From Candidatus Sulfobium sp. (GTDB lineage Bacteria; Nitrospirota; Thermodesulfovibrionia; Thermodesulfovibrionales; UBA6898): a DNA stretch of 37,519 nt. The first letter of the stretch is position 1. Each line of letters begins with the position of its first letter. Below are positions 20,212 through 28,994 of the stretch, piece by piece. The notes under the pieces were generated by a model. The model saw only the letters and a program-made list of their open reading frames with translations, was not told the DNA's origin and ran no database searches. Location of the stretch: assembly GCA_037380845.1 (NCBI GenBank), contig JARRRI010000012.1, positions 10,454-47,972 on the forward strand, in the 5' to 3' direction. The position numbers and the translations under genes were made by a program.

Positions 20212-21032
20212 TGGAAAAAGATACAGGGTACGTCAACAGGGCAGACGAATTCCTGCAGATGTTTAAAAAAGGCGAGGAATTTACCAAAGACCTTTTGAAG
20301 GAAAACGAAAAGCTCCGGTACAGGGTTGCCCAGCTTGAGGAGTCCGTGGAGAGGTCCGGCGATGAAACGAGGATCAAACTCTACGAAGACCGGATAAGAA
20401 TGATAGAGGACGAGCTGAACTCCATGAAGGAGAGGTTCAGACAGGTGGAGGAGGAGAACAAGGACTTCGCGTCAAAATACATAGAAGTCGAAGAAGAAAA
20501 CAACAACCTTGCAAACCTTTACGTTGCCAGCTATCAACTCCATTCCACCCTTGATTTCCCGGAGGTACTCAGGATAGTTCTGGAGATTGTGATAAACCTG
20601 ATAGGGGCGGAAAAGTTTGCCGTCCTTCTTATGGATGACAAGGCCAACGAGCTGATCCCCGTGAGCGCGGAGGGCATGAGCGTGACGGAGGCGCCGAAGG
20701 TAAAAGTCGGCGACGGGACGATCGGCACGGTCGCAAAGCGGGGGGAAAGTTATTTTGCCGACAACCTCAACGGAGGAGGCGACTTCAATCCTCTTGAGCC
20801 CATCGTGTGCATCCCCCTGAAGATCAAGGAACATGTGATAGGGGTCATCTCCATTTACGGGCTGCTGACGCAGAAAGAGGGTTTTACGAATGTGGATTAC
20901 GAACTTTTCAACCTTCTTGCCGGACATGCAGCCACCGCCATATTTTCATCAAGGATGTACACCCAATCCGAACGGAAACTTACGACCATACAGAGTTTCC
21001 TGGATCTTCTTAAAGAGAAACCGAAGAAATAG
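20211..21032 (+). CDS. Coiled-coil plus GAF-domain protein with no output domain
   Basis: N-terminal heptad-rich region (ENEKLRYRVAQLEE...EEENNNLANLYVASYQLHSTLD) and GAF core (GDGTIGTVA...CIPLKIKEHVIGVISI...LLAGHAATAI). Confidence 0.82.
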   Translation: MEKDTGYVNRADEFLQMFKKGEEFTKDLLKENEKLRYRVAQLEESVERSGDETRIKLYEDRIRMIEDELNSMKERFRQVEEENKDFASKYIEVEEENNNLANLYVASYQLHSTLDFPEVLRIVLEIVINLIGAEKFAVLLMDDKANELIPVSAEGMSVTEAPKVKVGDGTIGTVAKRGESYFADNLNGGGDFNPLEPIVCIPLKIKEHVIGVISIYGLLTQKEGFTNVDYELFNLLAGHAATAIFSSRMYTQSERKLTTIQSFLDLLKEKPKK

Positions 21033-21043
21033 GAGAGCGTGAA

Positions 21044-21412
21044 ATGCCGAACATTCTGGTGGTTGAAGATTCGCCGACAATGAGACAGCTTATCAGTTTT
21101 GCTGTCAAAAGGATACCCGATTCCCGGGTGATCGAAGCGTCGGACGGCGTTGACGCCCTCAAGAAACTGTCTTCCGAGAAAGTGGACCTCATCCTTGCCG
21201 ATATAAACATGCCGGTGATGGACGGTTTGAAACTGGTCAGCCTGGTGAGGGGAAATCCTTCTTTCAGGCATATACCTGTGATAATAGTTACTACGGAGGG
21301 TGCCGAGGAAGACCGGAAAAGGGCGCTTTCGATCGGTGCCAATGCGTACCTTCCCAAGCCTATCCAGACCCAGGAACTCCTTAAGCTCGTAAACACATAC
21401 CTGACCGCGTAG
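21044..21412 (+). CDS. cheY: Single-domain response regulator (CheY-like)
   Basis: ILVVEDS, LADINMPVMDGLKL, VTT, YLPKPI. Confidence 0.9.
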   Translation: MPNILVVEDSPTMRQLISFAVKRIPDSRVIEASDGVDALKKLSSEKVDLILADINMPVMDGLKLVSLVRGNPSFRHIPVIIVTTEGAEEDRKRALSIGANAYLPKPIQTQELLKLVNTYLTA

Positions 21413-21427
21413 ACTGCCGGCTGTTCG

Positions 21428-21760
21428 TTATGGTTTGTCCGGAAGCAGGGTGGTGTACTGTCGCGGCTGTTGTCCCCGCATATGGGCGAGAAGTGTGGGG
21501 GTCTTGAAATTCATACCTTCCTCGATTCTGACCTTTACATAGAAATTGCAACTCTTGAAGCAATTGCGGCGACATCCGCAGGATCTGCGGCACGTCTTCG
21601 CTGTCGCCGCCCAGCACGCCCTCCCGGCGTTTAAGCCGCCGTGGACGCCGTCCAGGGTCTTTTCAGTCGAGGTCACGCACGACCCGCGGCTGCTGTCGTT
21701 TGTCTTTGAAGGACAGCCTTTGCCGCATTGCATATACTCCCAGCAGTTAAGTTTTTTCAC
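21428..21760 (-). CDS. Small cysteine-rich two-CW domain protein
   Basis: KLNCWEYMQCG...C...LDGVHGGLNAGRACW...C...CNFYVKVRIEEG. Probable GTG start at 21760. Confidence 0.7.
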   Translation of the reverse strand: MKKLNCWEYMQCGKGCPSKTNDSSRGSCVTSTEKTLDGVHGGLNAGRACWAATAKTCRRSCGCRRNCFKSCNFYVKVRIEEGMNFKTPTLLAHMRGQQPRQYTTLLPDKP

Positions 21761-21980
21761 GGCGAGTTCCCCTGCCCCCTGATGTGAATTCCATGAATGG
21801 AAATCCTGTAGCACTCCTGCAACGGAAGAGTTGCCCGGCCGACTCCCGTGGATACTCTACACGCTTTCACTCAAATTTGCAAGAGCAAACTGACGAAGGA
21901 AAAGCGGGGGCCGGGGAGTACGAAAGGGAAGCCTTTTACGTCGGCCTTTCGTGTGATAAGCTTGAAAGAAGGAGAAAAAA

Positions 21981-22238
21981 ATGAAAATAAAACCATTGGC
22001 ACTCGGACTGTCCCTGGGGCTTGTCTGGGGAGGCGTTTTGTTCGTAACGACCCTTTTGTCGTATTATACAGGGTACGCGAAAACCTTTCTTGAGGTCATC
22101 GCAGGCTCTGTCTATCCTGGCTATACAATATCGCCCATGGGAAGTGTGCTGGCATTCTTGTATGGTTTTGCAGACCTTGGGCTGGGCGGCGTGATAGTCG
22201 GCTGGATTTACAACAGGTTCGCAAAGGAGCAGGAGTAA
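21981..22238 (+). CDS. Small membrane protein of unknown function (YPGY motif)
   Basis: 85 aa, two hydrophobic helices flanking SVYPGY, C-terminal WIYNRF. SD aaggag. Confidence 0.75.
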   Translation: MKIKPLALGLSLGLVWGGVLFVTTLLSYYTGYAKTFLEVIAGSVYPGYTISPMGSVLAFLYGFADLGLGGVIVGWIYNRFAKEQE

Positions 22239-22240
22239 TG

Positions 22241-22271
22241 ATCACCTTCCCCCCTCCCGCCAGGGGAGAGG
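22241..22271. repeat. Degenerate REP-like palindrome between convergent genes
   Basis: atcaccttcccccctcccgccaggggagagg resembles the CCCTCTCCC..GGGAGAGG type of extragenic palindrome. Confidence 0.35.
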
Positions 22272-22319
22272 ATATATGTAACAATGCCGGGTAATCCAGG
22301 TGAGGTGTGATTTTTCCTC

Positions 22320-23090
22320 TCAATTCTCCGAAGAATCGACCACGCGAAACCCCGGAATTTCGGATTCCGCCACCAACGTCTTCCGGCTGAAGACGACATC
22401 GCGCACGTACCCTTCGGCTTTTGAGTCGGTGTGCTGGGTGTTCATCTGTACCCTGATGCGTTCCACAGGGGGTGGCTCTTTGCCGAAAAGCTGCCTGTAG
22501 TCTTCATATATGTTCCTCTCGTAGGTGATCCACTTGCCGAGGTCCGAGCCGCCCGACTGGACGACTACTACCTTTATCTTGATCGAAAACGGCCAGGGAA
22601 TCGACTGGTCCACCACGGTCCCCTCCGGTGCGTTTGCATCCCAGATATAGCTGATGACCCGTCCGTCCTTGAACGCAACGAGCAGCTGAAGCGCCTGATC
22701 GTCCTTCGATCTCTCCCTTACATCACCCTTTGACGGAAGAGAGACGGCCTTCCACGTCCAGACAAGATAATGATACTTCCGGATGTTAACAGCTACGTCA
22801 TGCTCCAGTGCAAAGGACGAACTTACGGATTTCATGTGAAGGATTTTCTCGCCGTCTTCGGCAACAAGATTTGCCTGGGCGCTGCCCCTGTGGACTTTCA
22901 GGCTCCAGCCCGCAGGCAATCCCTTTGCGCCCGGCGAACCGCTGAAATCTACGGTCTCAGCCGGCTTGACGCTGGCATATGATGCTGCCGGATATGCGAG
23001 GATCCCTAAGAGAGACAAAAAGATGGCAGCTTTCACCGCCAGCCCCATCAGGCGGGGTCTGCCGATTGTGTTTGTAGTTTTCATGTCCAT
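22320..23090 (-). CDS. Exported DUF3047 domain protein
   Basis: Signal peptide, LVWTWKA..LP, DDQALQLLVAF, ISYIWD, VVVVQSG...GKWITYERNIYEDYRQLFG.EPP. Confidence 0.8.
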   Translation of the reverse strand: MDMKTTNTIGRPRLMGLAVKAAIFLSLLGILAYPAASYASVKPAETVDFSGSPGAKGLPAGWSLKVHRGSAQANLVAEDGEKILHMKSVSSSFALEHDVAVNIRKYHYLVWTWKAVSLPSKGDVRERSKDDQALQLLVAFKDGRVISYIWDANAPEGTVVDQSIPWPFSIKIKVVVVQSGGSDLGKWITYERNIYEDYRQLFGKEPPPVERIRVQMNTQHTDSKAEGYVRDVVFSRKTLVAESEIPGFRVVDSSEN

Positions 23091-23274
23091 CTTTTCACAT
23101 GCGATAAAAAAGTGAAGCCAAAAAAGAGGAAGACCCGGGGATACGGCAAGAGTTGGTTTAGGAGTAGTGCTGCAACTTTACTGCCTCACTGAAACGACTG
23201 TGTTTTTTACCGGCTCTGCGAAATACCTCCTTTTTTAGATAGTTGAAGAGCGTGCTTTTTTTAAAGCATGTACT

Positions 23275-23303
23275 ATTTTAATACATGACGCTATATTTAT
23301 CAA
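23275..23303 (-). promoter_or_regulatory. Putative sigma70 promoter upstream of the DUF3047 gene
   Basis: Minus strand TTGATA (23303-23298), 17-nt spacer, TAAAAT (23280-23275), in an AT-rich context. Confidence 0.6.
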
Positions 23304-23347
23304 AAAAACAGGGAGAGTGGTGTAGGTCTAAATGTTAATCGTTTACC

Positions 23348-23471
23348 GTCATACTCCGGCCCAGGTCGCCCTCGGCGCCGCCAGAGGAGGGTAACGCCGT
23401 GAATCTGCGGGCAAACCTGACTGGGGTATCCAGTGGAGAACACGGATTCCGCGATCAAGCCGGCGGATGAC
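23348..23471. repeat. REP/RPE-like palindromic element (GTCAT...ATGAC) with an internal insertion
   Basis: Ends gtcatactccggc / gccggcggatgac are inverted (11/13). Inner arms tgactggggtatcc / ggattccgcgatca are partly complementary. Confidence 0.55.
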
Positions 23472-23604
23472 AATCATTCGACCTTTTTTGTAAACCGGCC
23501 TGCTGCCGGAATTTCAAACTGACCCGCTACCGGAGAGTCCCGGAAGGTTCGGCCTCCTGATCTGCCTGGAGCAGGAATAAGGCCCACGGCCCGGCCGGCA
23601 AGAT

Positions 23605-24141
23605 TTAATGGTTGCGGTCCTTCCACCTTCCGTGATTGGCACGACCATCGTAATTCCTGCCGCGATCACGATCGTCATACCTGCGCCTCTCTCCGCCGCG
23701 GCGGACTTCCCTTCTGTCCCAATACCCTTCTCTCTCCCATTTACGCCAGTTCTTCTTCATCCGGCTGTATGGGATGGACCTGGAAGTATGTCTGGAGTGT
23801 CTGTAATCCGGCGGAAGATGCCGGATCGCTTGAGGTATTCTCCGAATTTCTATATGATGCCAGGGACCATTGTAGCCGCTTCCCCTGTACCAGCGTCCCC
23901 TGTAGGGGCGGTACCAATACCCCCGGTAAAAGAGGATATCTACCCGGATGCCCGGAACGAAGTAGACGTAAGAGCCCGGTATGACAGCAACCGGCGGAGG
24001 CTCGTGAATGATGAAGGCGGGAGGGGCCAGGTTTATCCCGATGTTGACATTAACCCCGGCATAAGCATCCAAAGGGACGGCCATTCCCGCAGCCAGGAGT
24101 AATATTCCAACGATCCGGGGCACAAAATGTTTAGAGATCAT
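23605..24141 (-). CDS. Exported hypothetical protein (Pro/aromatic-rich, with an Arg/Asp-rich tail)
   Basis: Signal peptide ending AYA, VNVNIGINLAPP, FYRGYWYRPYRGRWYRGSGYNGPW. SD aaggagg. Overlaps the dedA stop. Confidence 0.75.
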   Translation of the reverse strand: MISKHFVPRIVGILLLAAGMAVPLDAYAGVNVNIGINLAPPAFIIHEPPPVAVIPGSYVYFVPGIRVDILFYRGYWYRPYRGRWYRGSGYNGPWHHIEIRRIPQAIRHLPPDYRHSRHTSRSIPYSRMKKNWRKWEREGYWDRREVRRGGERRRYDDRDRGRNYDGRANHGRWKDRNH

Positions 24142-24754
24142 CCGATCCTCCTTTTACAGGAACTTTTCTTTGACATTTATAATCGCACAACAGGAACTTT
24201 ATGAAGAAAAGGACCGCTGTCACTACCAGCACGAACCGGCTGATTTGTAAGATGTGCAGCCTCAAAAGTTCGAGGTTATTGCCGCCCAGATATCCGGCTC
24301 CGGCCATCAGCGTGATCGTCACAAGGGCCGAGACGGCGTCCGAAAGAAGGAACGTACGAGAAGGCATTTTCATCACACCCGCCGAGAGCAGAACTTGCGA
24401 TCTGATGCCCAGGACCTGTCTGCCGAACAGGATTACCAGCGCCCCTCTCCTGTTGAATGCCGTCTCCATCCGGTGCAGCCTTTTCGGGGTGAGTATCCGA
24501 CTGAACCGTCTGTGAGTGACGACCATCCTGCCATACTTCCTGCCTATCGAATAGAGCAGGGAATCTGTGAGCAGGAGGCCTGAATAGACAGAGAGGAGCG
24601 CGACTGAAGGATCTGCAGACCCCCTGGCGATGAGAAATCCGCATGTTAGAAGTATTGCGTCCTCGGGGAAAGGGAATCCTATTACCCCGAGGAGGAGGAG
24701 GACGAAAAGACCTAAGGCCGGGAAACTGTCAACAAACCCTGGAAGGGGTATCAT
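24131..24754 (-). CDS. DedA family membrane protein
   Basis: GFPFPEDAILLTCG, DSLLYSIGRKYG, ILFGRQVLGIRS...AGVMKM...FLLSD. Confidence 0.88.
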   Translation of the reverse strand: MIPLPGFVDSFPALGLFVLLLLGVIGFPFPEDAILLTCGFLIARGSADPSVALLSVYSGLLLTDSLLYSIGRKYGRMVVTHRRFSRILTPKRLHRMETAFNRRGALVILFGRQVLGIRSQVLLSAGVMKMPSRTFLLSDAVSALVTITLMAGAGYLGGNNLELLRLHILQISRFVLVVTAVLFFIKFLLCDYKCQRKVPVKGGSDDL

Positions 24755-24924
24755 ATCGGGTCTTACCTTCCTTTTTTTCGCCGGGCAGACTTCCGGCGGG
24801 GCCGGAAGCTGCGACTATAAGATGTTGTCGCTCTGGTAACATGATATCACTTTCCCTGCGGAGTCTCAAACCGACTGCCGGAGCCACGGTTGAGGTGATA
24901 CCCGGTATCATGTTGCCTCTTTTC

Positions 24925-24952
24925 TTGACAGGCAGGAAAAAGGTGATATGAT
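24925..24952 (+). promoter_or_regulatory. Putative sigma70 promoter of the slp pair
   Basis: TTGACA (24925-24930), 16-nt spacer with a TGn extension, TATGAT (24947-24952). SD aaggagg downstream. Confidence 0.6.
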
Positions 24953-24993
24953 GAAAATAGCTGAGGCAGGCAGGCGGTCTAAGGAGGTCTCCA

Positions 24994-25542
24994 ATGGGAC
25001 GCTTTGCGCTTTCAAGATTCCTGTCCCTCGGGGTGGTTCTGATCCTGATCTGTGGCTGTTCCTATCCGATCTCGAAGGCAATAAGGAGTGAGGCGACGGA
25101 GGATCTGACCTTTTCCATGGTTCTCGCCGATCCCGCTATGTATCGGGGGGCCGTGGTAATATGGGGGGGAATAGTAATGAGGACGATCAACCACCCGCAC
25201 AGTACCGAGTTGGTTGTGCTGGAAACACCGCTTGGATACTGGGAGACGCCGAAGGGGAGAAAATACACCAGAGGAAGGTTTATTGCCAGAACATCGAAGT
25301 TCCTGGAACCTGAAATTTACAAAAAGGGGACCAGGATTACGGTGGCCGGCGAGATAGAGGGACAGGAGTTGAAGACAGCAAAAGGGGTTCCTTACGCTTA
25401 TCCCGTGATAAAGATCATCGAGATCCACTGGTGGAAGAAGAAACCCTGGTATCCCCAGACCTATTATTACGGGTATGACTGGGGATGGGGCAGCCCCTAT
25501 TACACCCCGGGCGGATATATCCAGGAGCTTGAAGCCCCATAA
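24994..25542 (+). CDS. Slp family outer-membrane lipoprotein
   Basis: Lipobox ICGC, VIWGGIV, VLETPL, GRFIA..FLEPEIY..G..ITVAGEI, YAYPVI. Confidence 0.88.
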   Translation: MGRFALSRFLSLGVVLILICGCSYPISKAIRSEATEDLTFSMVLADPAMYRGAVVIWGGIVMRTINHPHSTELVVLETPLGYWETPKGRKYTRGRFIARTSKFLEPEIYKKGTRITVAGEIEGQELKTAKGVPYAYPVIKIIEIHWWKKKPWYPQTYYYGYDWGWGSPYYTPGGYIQELEAP

Positions 25543-25646
25543 CCGCTTGGATAGTTGCTGCCCCCGTACTCTTATATGAACTTCTGTAAAAGGGAACGGG
25601 TTCAGAATTTTTTGAGGGATGTTTAATCAATAGGAGGTTCACAGAC

Positions 25647-26201
25647 ATGACTACCCGTAAAGGTCTTCTCCTTTGCTTTGCGGTTTTATTTCTGGTTTCC
25701 GCCTGTGCGTATCCGATATCGAAAGGGTTGAGAAAAGAGGCGGAAAAAAGTCCGCGGTTCGCCACGGTGTTGAAATCCCCCGGCATGTACACAGGGTCGG
25801 TTGTGATCTGGGGCGGCATTATTATTGAGACGATCAACCACAAAAAAGGCAGTGAAGTCTTGGTCCTCGAGACTCCCCTGGATTATGAGGGAGAGCCTGA
25901 GGACAGCGAGTATTCCCATGGGAGATTTATCGCCACGACTTCAGGCTATCTTGATCCCGAGATTTACAGGAAGGGGCGCAAAGTCACGGTGGCCGGGGAA
26001 ATCATCAGTCCGGAAAAAAGGAAGATCGGCGAGACGACATATACCTATCCCGTAATCAGCATCAGGGAAATCCATATCTGGAAAGTGCAGGAGGCTTACT
26101 ATCCTCCCTCGTATTACGGTTACGGCTGGTATGGGCCATATTACGGCTACGGGCCGTACTGGGGCCCCCCTTTCGGCCCCTGGCCCTACTGGTGGTATTG
26201 A
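25647..26201 (+). CDS. Slp family outer-membrane lipoprotein (paralog)
   Basis: Lipobox VSAC, VIWGGII, VLETPL, GRFIA..GYLDPEIY..GRKVTVAGEI, YTYPVI, Tyr/Pro/Trp-rich tail. Confidence 0.9.
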   Translation: MTTRKGLLLCFAVLFLVSACAYPISKGLRKEAEKSPRFATVLKSPGMYTGSVVIWGGIIIETINHKKGSEVLVLETPLDYEGEPEDSEYSHGRFIATTSGYLDPEIYRKGRKVTVAGEIISPEKRKIGETTYTYPVISIREIHIWKVQEAYYPPSYYGYGWYGPYYGYGPYWGPPFGPWPYWWY

Positions 26202-26273
26202 GCAAAGCTGAAGACCGCTTTTTCCAGGCTGCTATCAGCCGATCTGACCGAAAAAAGGGGAAGAGGAGCATGA

Positions 26274-26930
26274 CTATCTCACGAGGGTACTCCTGACTTT
26301 TTCGGCCAGTTCCACGATCATATCTTCGGCGGTAGCCAACCCGGCAGTGCCTGTATTTACACACAGGTGGTAGCATTGCGCATCCGTCCATTCTACCCCT
26401 GCAACATTTTTTATGAACCGTCTGCGCTGAAAGTCCGACTGCCTTATGAGCGCTGCTGCCTCGTCCGGGGCGGACATATGGTAGGCCTCTGCCACGCGGT
26501 CCCGGCGGAACTCTTCCGCCGCGTGGAGGAAAATACTGACCAGTCCCGGGCGGCCTCTCAGTATGTGAAAGCCGGCCCGGCCGACGATAACAGCATCATG
26601 CCGGTCTGCGATCCCTGCGATTATCCCGGCCTCCGCATTGAAGAGGTCGGCGTCATAGACAGGCCGAATGGAGGGCGGCAAATATGGCGTCTCGGGACTG
26701 CCGTAAATAAAGCCCTTCAGCAGACTTTCAAGAAAACCCGAAACCCTCTCTTCCCTGAAGGCGAGATTCTCTTCACTCTCGTCGAGATGTTCCGTCGCTC
26801 GCTTCAGGATGTCCCTATCGACATACCTGAACCCCAGGCGGCTTGCCACCCGCTGACCCAGATATGCTCCGCCGCTGCCCATCTGCCGGGATATTGTAAT
26901 CAGAACGTTATCTTTACTCCCTTTTCTCAT
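26274..26930 (-). CDS. Cytidylate kinase-like family protein
   Basis: ITISRQMGSGG, YVDRDIL, AVIVGRAG, FLHA...R, YHLCVNTG. Confidence 0.85.
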   Translation of the reverse strand: MRKGSKDNVLITISRQMGSGGAYLGQRVASRLGFRYVDRDILKRATEHLDESEENLAFREERVSGFLESLLKGFIYGSPETPYLPPSIRPVYDADLFNAEAGIIAGIADRHDAVIVGRAGFHILRGRPGLVSIFLHAAEEFRRDRVAEAYHMSAPDEAAALIRQSDFQRRRFIKNVAGVEWTDAQCYHLCVNTGTAGLATAEDMIVELAEKVRSTLVR

Positions 26931-27158
26931 ATGACCCTGGTTAATAATTTACCATACTTTACTTTCCCCGGGAGAATTAAGGGCAAAGCGGACACTGTCG
27001 TCCAGGCAACAGCTGGGAGGGGGCAAGGGAGAGTCGGGTTCGCGGCTTCCGTACTATTGGGCTGAGAAGAATGTCGTCCAGCGCGTTATCGGCAATTGTC
27101 TGATTTCCCTGTACTGATTTGTCCCACATTTGAGGCATGAATGATTAAAGGGAATCCG

Positions 27159-27204
27159 GATATGATACACATCATATCGTGATCTAAACCTGAAAGTTTA
27201 TATT
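27159..27204 (+). promoter_or_regulatory. CRP/FNR-family (HcpR-like) operator plus -10 box upstream of hcp
   Basis: Perfect palindrome GATATGAT-acac-ATCATATC (27159-27178, TATGA-N6-TCATA geometry) and TATATT at 27199-27204. This puts the site centre near -42. Confidence 0.7.
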
Positions 27205-27254
27205 AGATTCAAGTCAGAAGTTGTGGCTGGGTAAAAAAATTTCGGGAGGTTATT

Positions 27255-28925
27255 ATGTTCTGTTATCAGTGCGAACAGGCAGCCGGAGGAAAGGGCTGCA
27301 CAAGGAAGATGGGAGCATGCGGAAAGAGCGGCGAGGTGGCCGCGCTTCAGGATCTTCTTGTCTATTCTCTTAAAGGGCTGGCGCTCACTGCGCAGGAAGG
27401 CCGGCGCGTCGGCATCGAAGACAGGAGTGTGAATGTCTTTACTTCGGAAGCGCTTTTTTCGACTCTTACGAATGTTGATTTCGATCCTCTGAGATTTGAA
27501 TCCCTGATCAGTAGATCCGTAGAAATTAGGGAAAAACTGTCGGAAAAAGTGAAGTCGGCTGGCGGCGCGGTAAGTTTCAAACATGGAAGTGCATCTCTTG
27601 TCCCCGCCGCCGGGCTCGCCGGGTTGACTGGGCAGGGCATGGCGGTCACGGAGCATGTGCCGGACCAGACGATTGACCCGGATATTCAGTCTCTGCAGGA
27701 CATCGTCCTTTTCGGTCTCAAGGGCGTGGCGGCTTATGCCGATCATGCCCTGATCCTTGGAAAAGAAGATCCGGCGGTCTTTGCTTTCATGCACGAGGCC
27801 CTCGCGGCAATGACGAGGACGGACCTCGGCATGGACGACTGGGTGGAGCTGGCCATGAAATGCGGGGAGATCAATCTCAGGGCGATGGAACTGCTCGACG
27901 GCGCAAACACGGGAGCGTACGGGCATCCTGTGCCTACCAGGGTACCGTTGGGGGCACAGAAGGGAAAAGCCATTCTCGTCTCCGGCCACGACCTTAAGGA
28001 TCTCGAGGAGATACTGAAGCAGACTGAGAACAAGGACATATTGGTCTATACGCACGGCGAGATGCTTCCGGCACATGGATATCCGGGGCTGAAGCAGAAG
28101 TATCCGCATCTTTACGGGCATTACGGCACCGCGTGGCAGAACCAGCAGAAGGAGTTTGCGAAATTTCCAGGGGCGATCATAATGACCACGAACTGTCTTC
28201 AGAGGCCCCTTGATTCGTACGCCGACAATATCTTTTCCTGCGGTCTCGTAGGATGGCCCGGGATGAGGCATATACCTGACGGGGACTTTGCCCCGGCGGT
28301 CGAAAAGGCGCTTGCAATGACAGGCTTCGCCGAGGACGTCGCCCGCGGCGAGGTCATGACCGGGTTTGCAAGAAACGCGGTGCTCGGGATTGCAGACAAG
28401 GTAATTGATGCAGTGAAGAACGGGAAGATCCGACATTTCTTCCTGGTCGGCGGCTGCGACGGCGCAAAACCGGGAAGGAATTATTATACGCGTTTTGTCG
28501 AAAAGGCTCCCAGGGACACAGTGGTGCTCACGCTGGCTTGTGGAAAGTTCAGGTTCTTCGACAGGGACCTGGGTGATATCGGAGGCATTCCCAGACTCCT
28601 GGATATAGGGCAGTGCAACGATGCCTACTCGGCCGTCCGGATAGCCCTTGCCCTTGCCGGGGCTTTCAACACAAGCGTAAACGAACTACCCCTTTCACTG
28701 ATACTCTCATGGTATGAACAGAAGGCGGTGGCCATACTCCTGACTCTGCTCCATCTGGGAATCAGGGACATCCGGCTCGGGCCTTCCCTTCCGGCCTTCA
28801 TTACGCCGAACGTGCTGGACTTCCTGGCAAAAAAGTTCGGGATAAGGCCCATCGCCCCGAGCCCGGAAGAGGATCTCCGGGCGATCCTCGGCAGTGACTG
28901 CTGCCAGGACTCCGCTGCGGCATAA
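27255..28925 (+). CDS. hcp: Hybrid cluster protein (hydroxylamine/NO reductase, prismane)
   Basis: MFCYQCEQ...GC...GACGK, SGHDL, YTHGEMLPAHGYP, TTNC, GGCDG, LACGK, GQCND, SWYEQKA. SD gggagg. Confidence 0.97.
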   Translation: MFCYQCEQAAGGKGCTRKMGACGKSGEVAALQDLLVYSLKGLALTAQEGRRVGIEDRSVNVFTSEALFSTLTNVDFDPLRFESLISRSVEIREKLSEKVKSAGGAVSFKHGSASLVPAAGLAGLTGQGMAVTEHVPDQTIDPDIQSLQDIVLFGLKGVAAYADHALILGKEDPAVFAFMHEALAAMTRTDLGMDDWVELAMKCGEINLRAMELLDGANTGAYGHPVPTRVPLGAQKGKAILVSGHDLKDLEEILKQTENKDILVYTHGEMLPAHGYPGLKQKYPHLYGHYGTAWQNQQKEFAKFPGAIIMTTNCLQRPLDSYADNIFSCGLVGWPGMRHIPDGDFAPAVEKALAMTGFAEDVARGEVMTGFARNAVLGIADKVIDAVKNGKIRHFFLVGGCDGAKPGRNYYTRFVEKAPRDTVVLTLACGKFRFFDRDLGDIGGIPRLLDIGQCNDAYSAVRIALALAGAFNTSVNELPLSLILSWYEQKAVAILLTLLHLGIRDIRLGPSLPAFITPNVLDFLAKKFGIRPIAPSPEEDLRAILGSDCCQDSAAA

Positions 28926-28935
28926 GTCAGGTGAT

Positions 28936-28977
28936 GCAGGCACGGCGCGGGAAACCGCCGTGCCTGCCGCCCTTTTT
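28936..28977 (+). terminator. Intrinsic terminator after hcp
   Basis: 12-bp perfect stem GCAGGCACGGCG / CGCCGTGCCTGC with an 8-nt loop, followed by cgccc-TTTTT. Lies between convergent genes. Confidence 0.7.
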
Positions 28978-28994
28978 GGTCATGACGCGAGGAC

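Noticed and set aside
21981..22238. Phage holin / prophage remnant
   Set aside because: Similar small YPGY membrane proteins are often auto-labelled holins, but no endolysin, integrase or structural phage genes are present.
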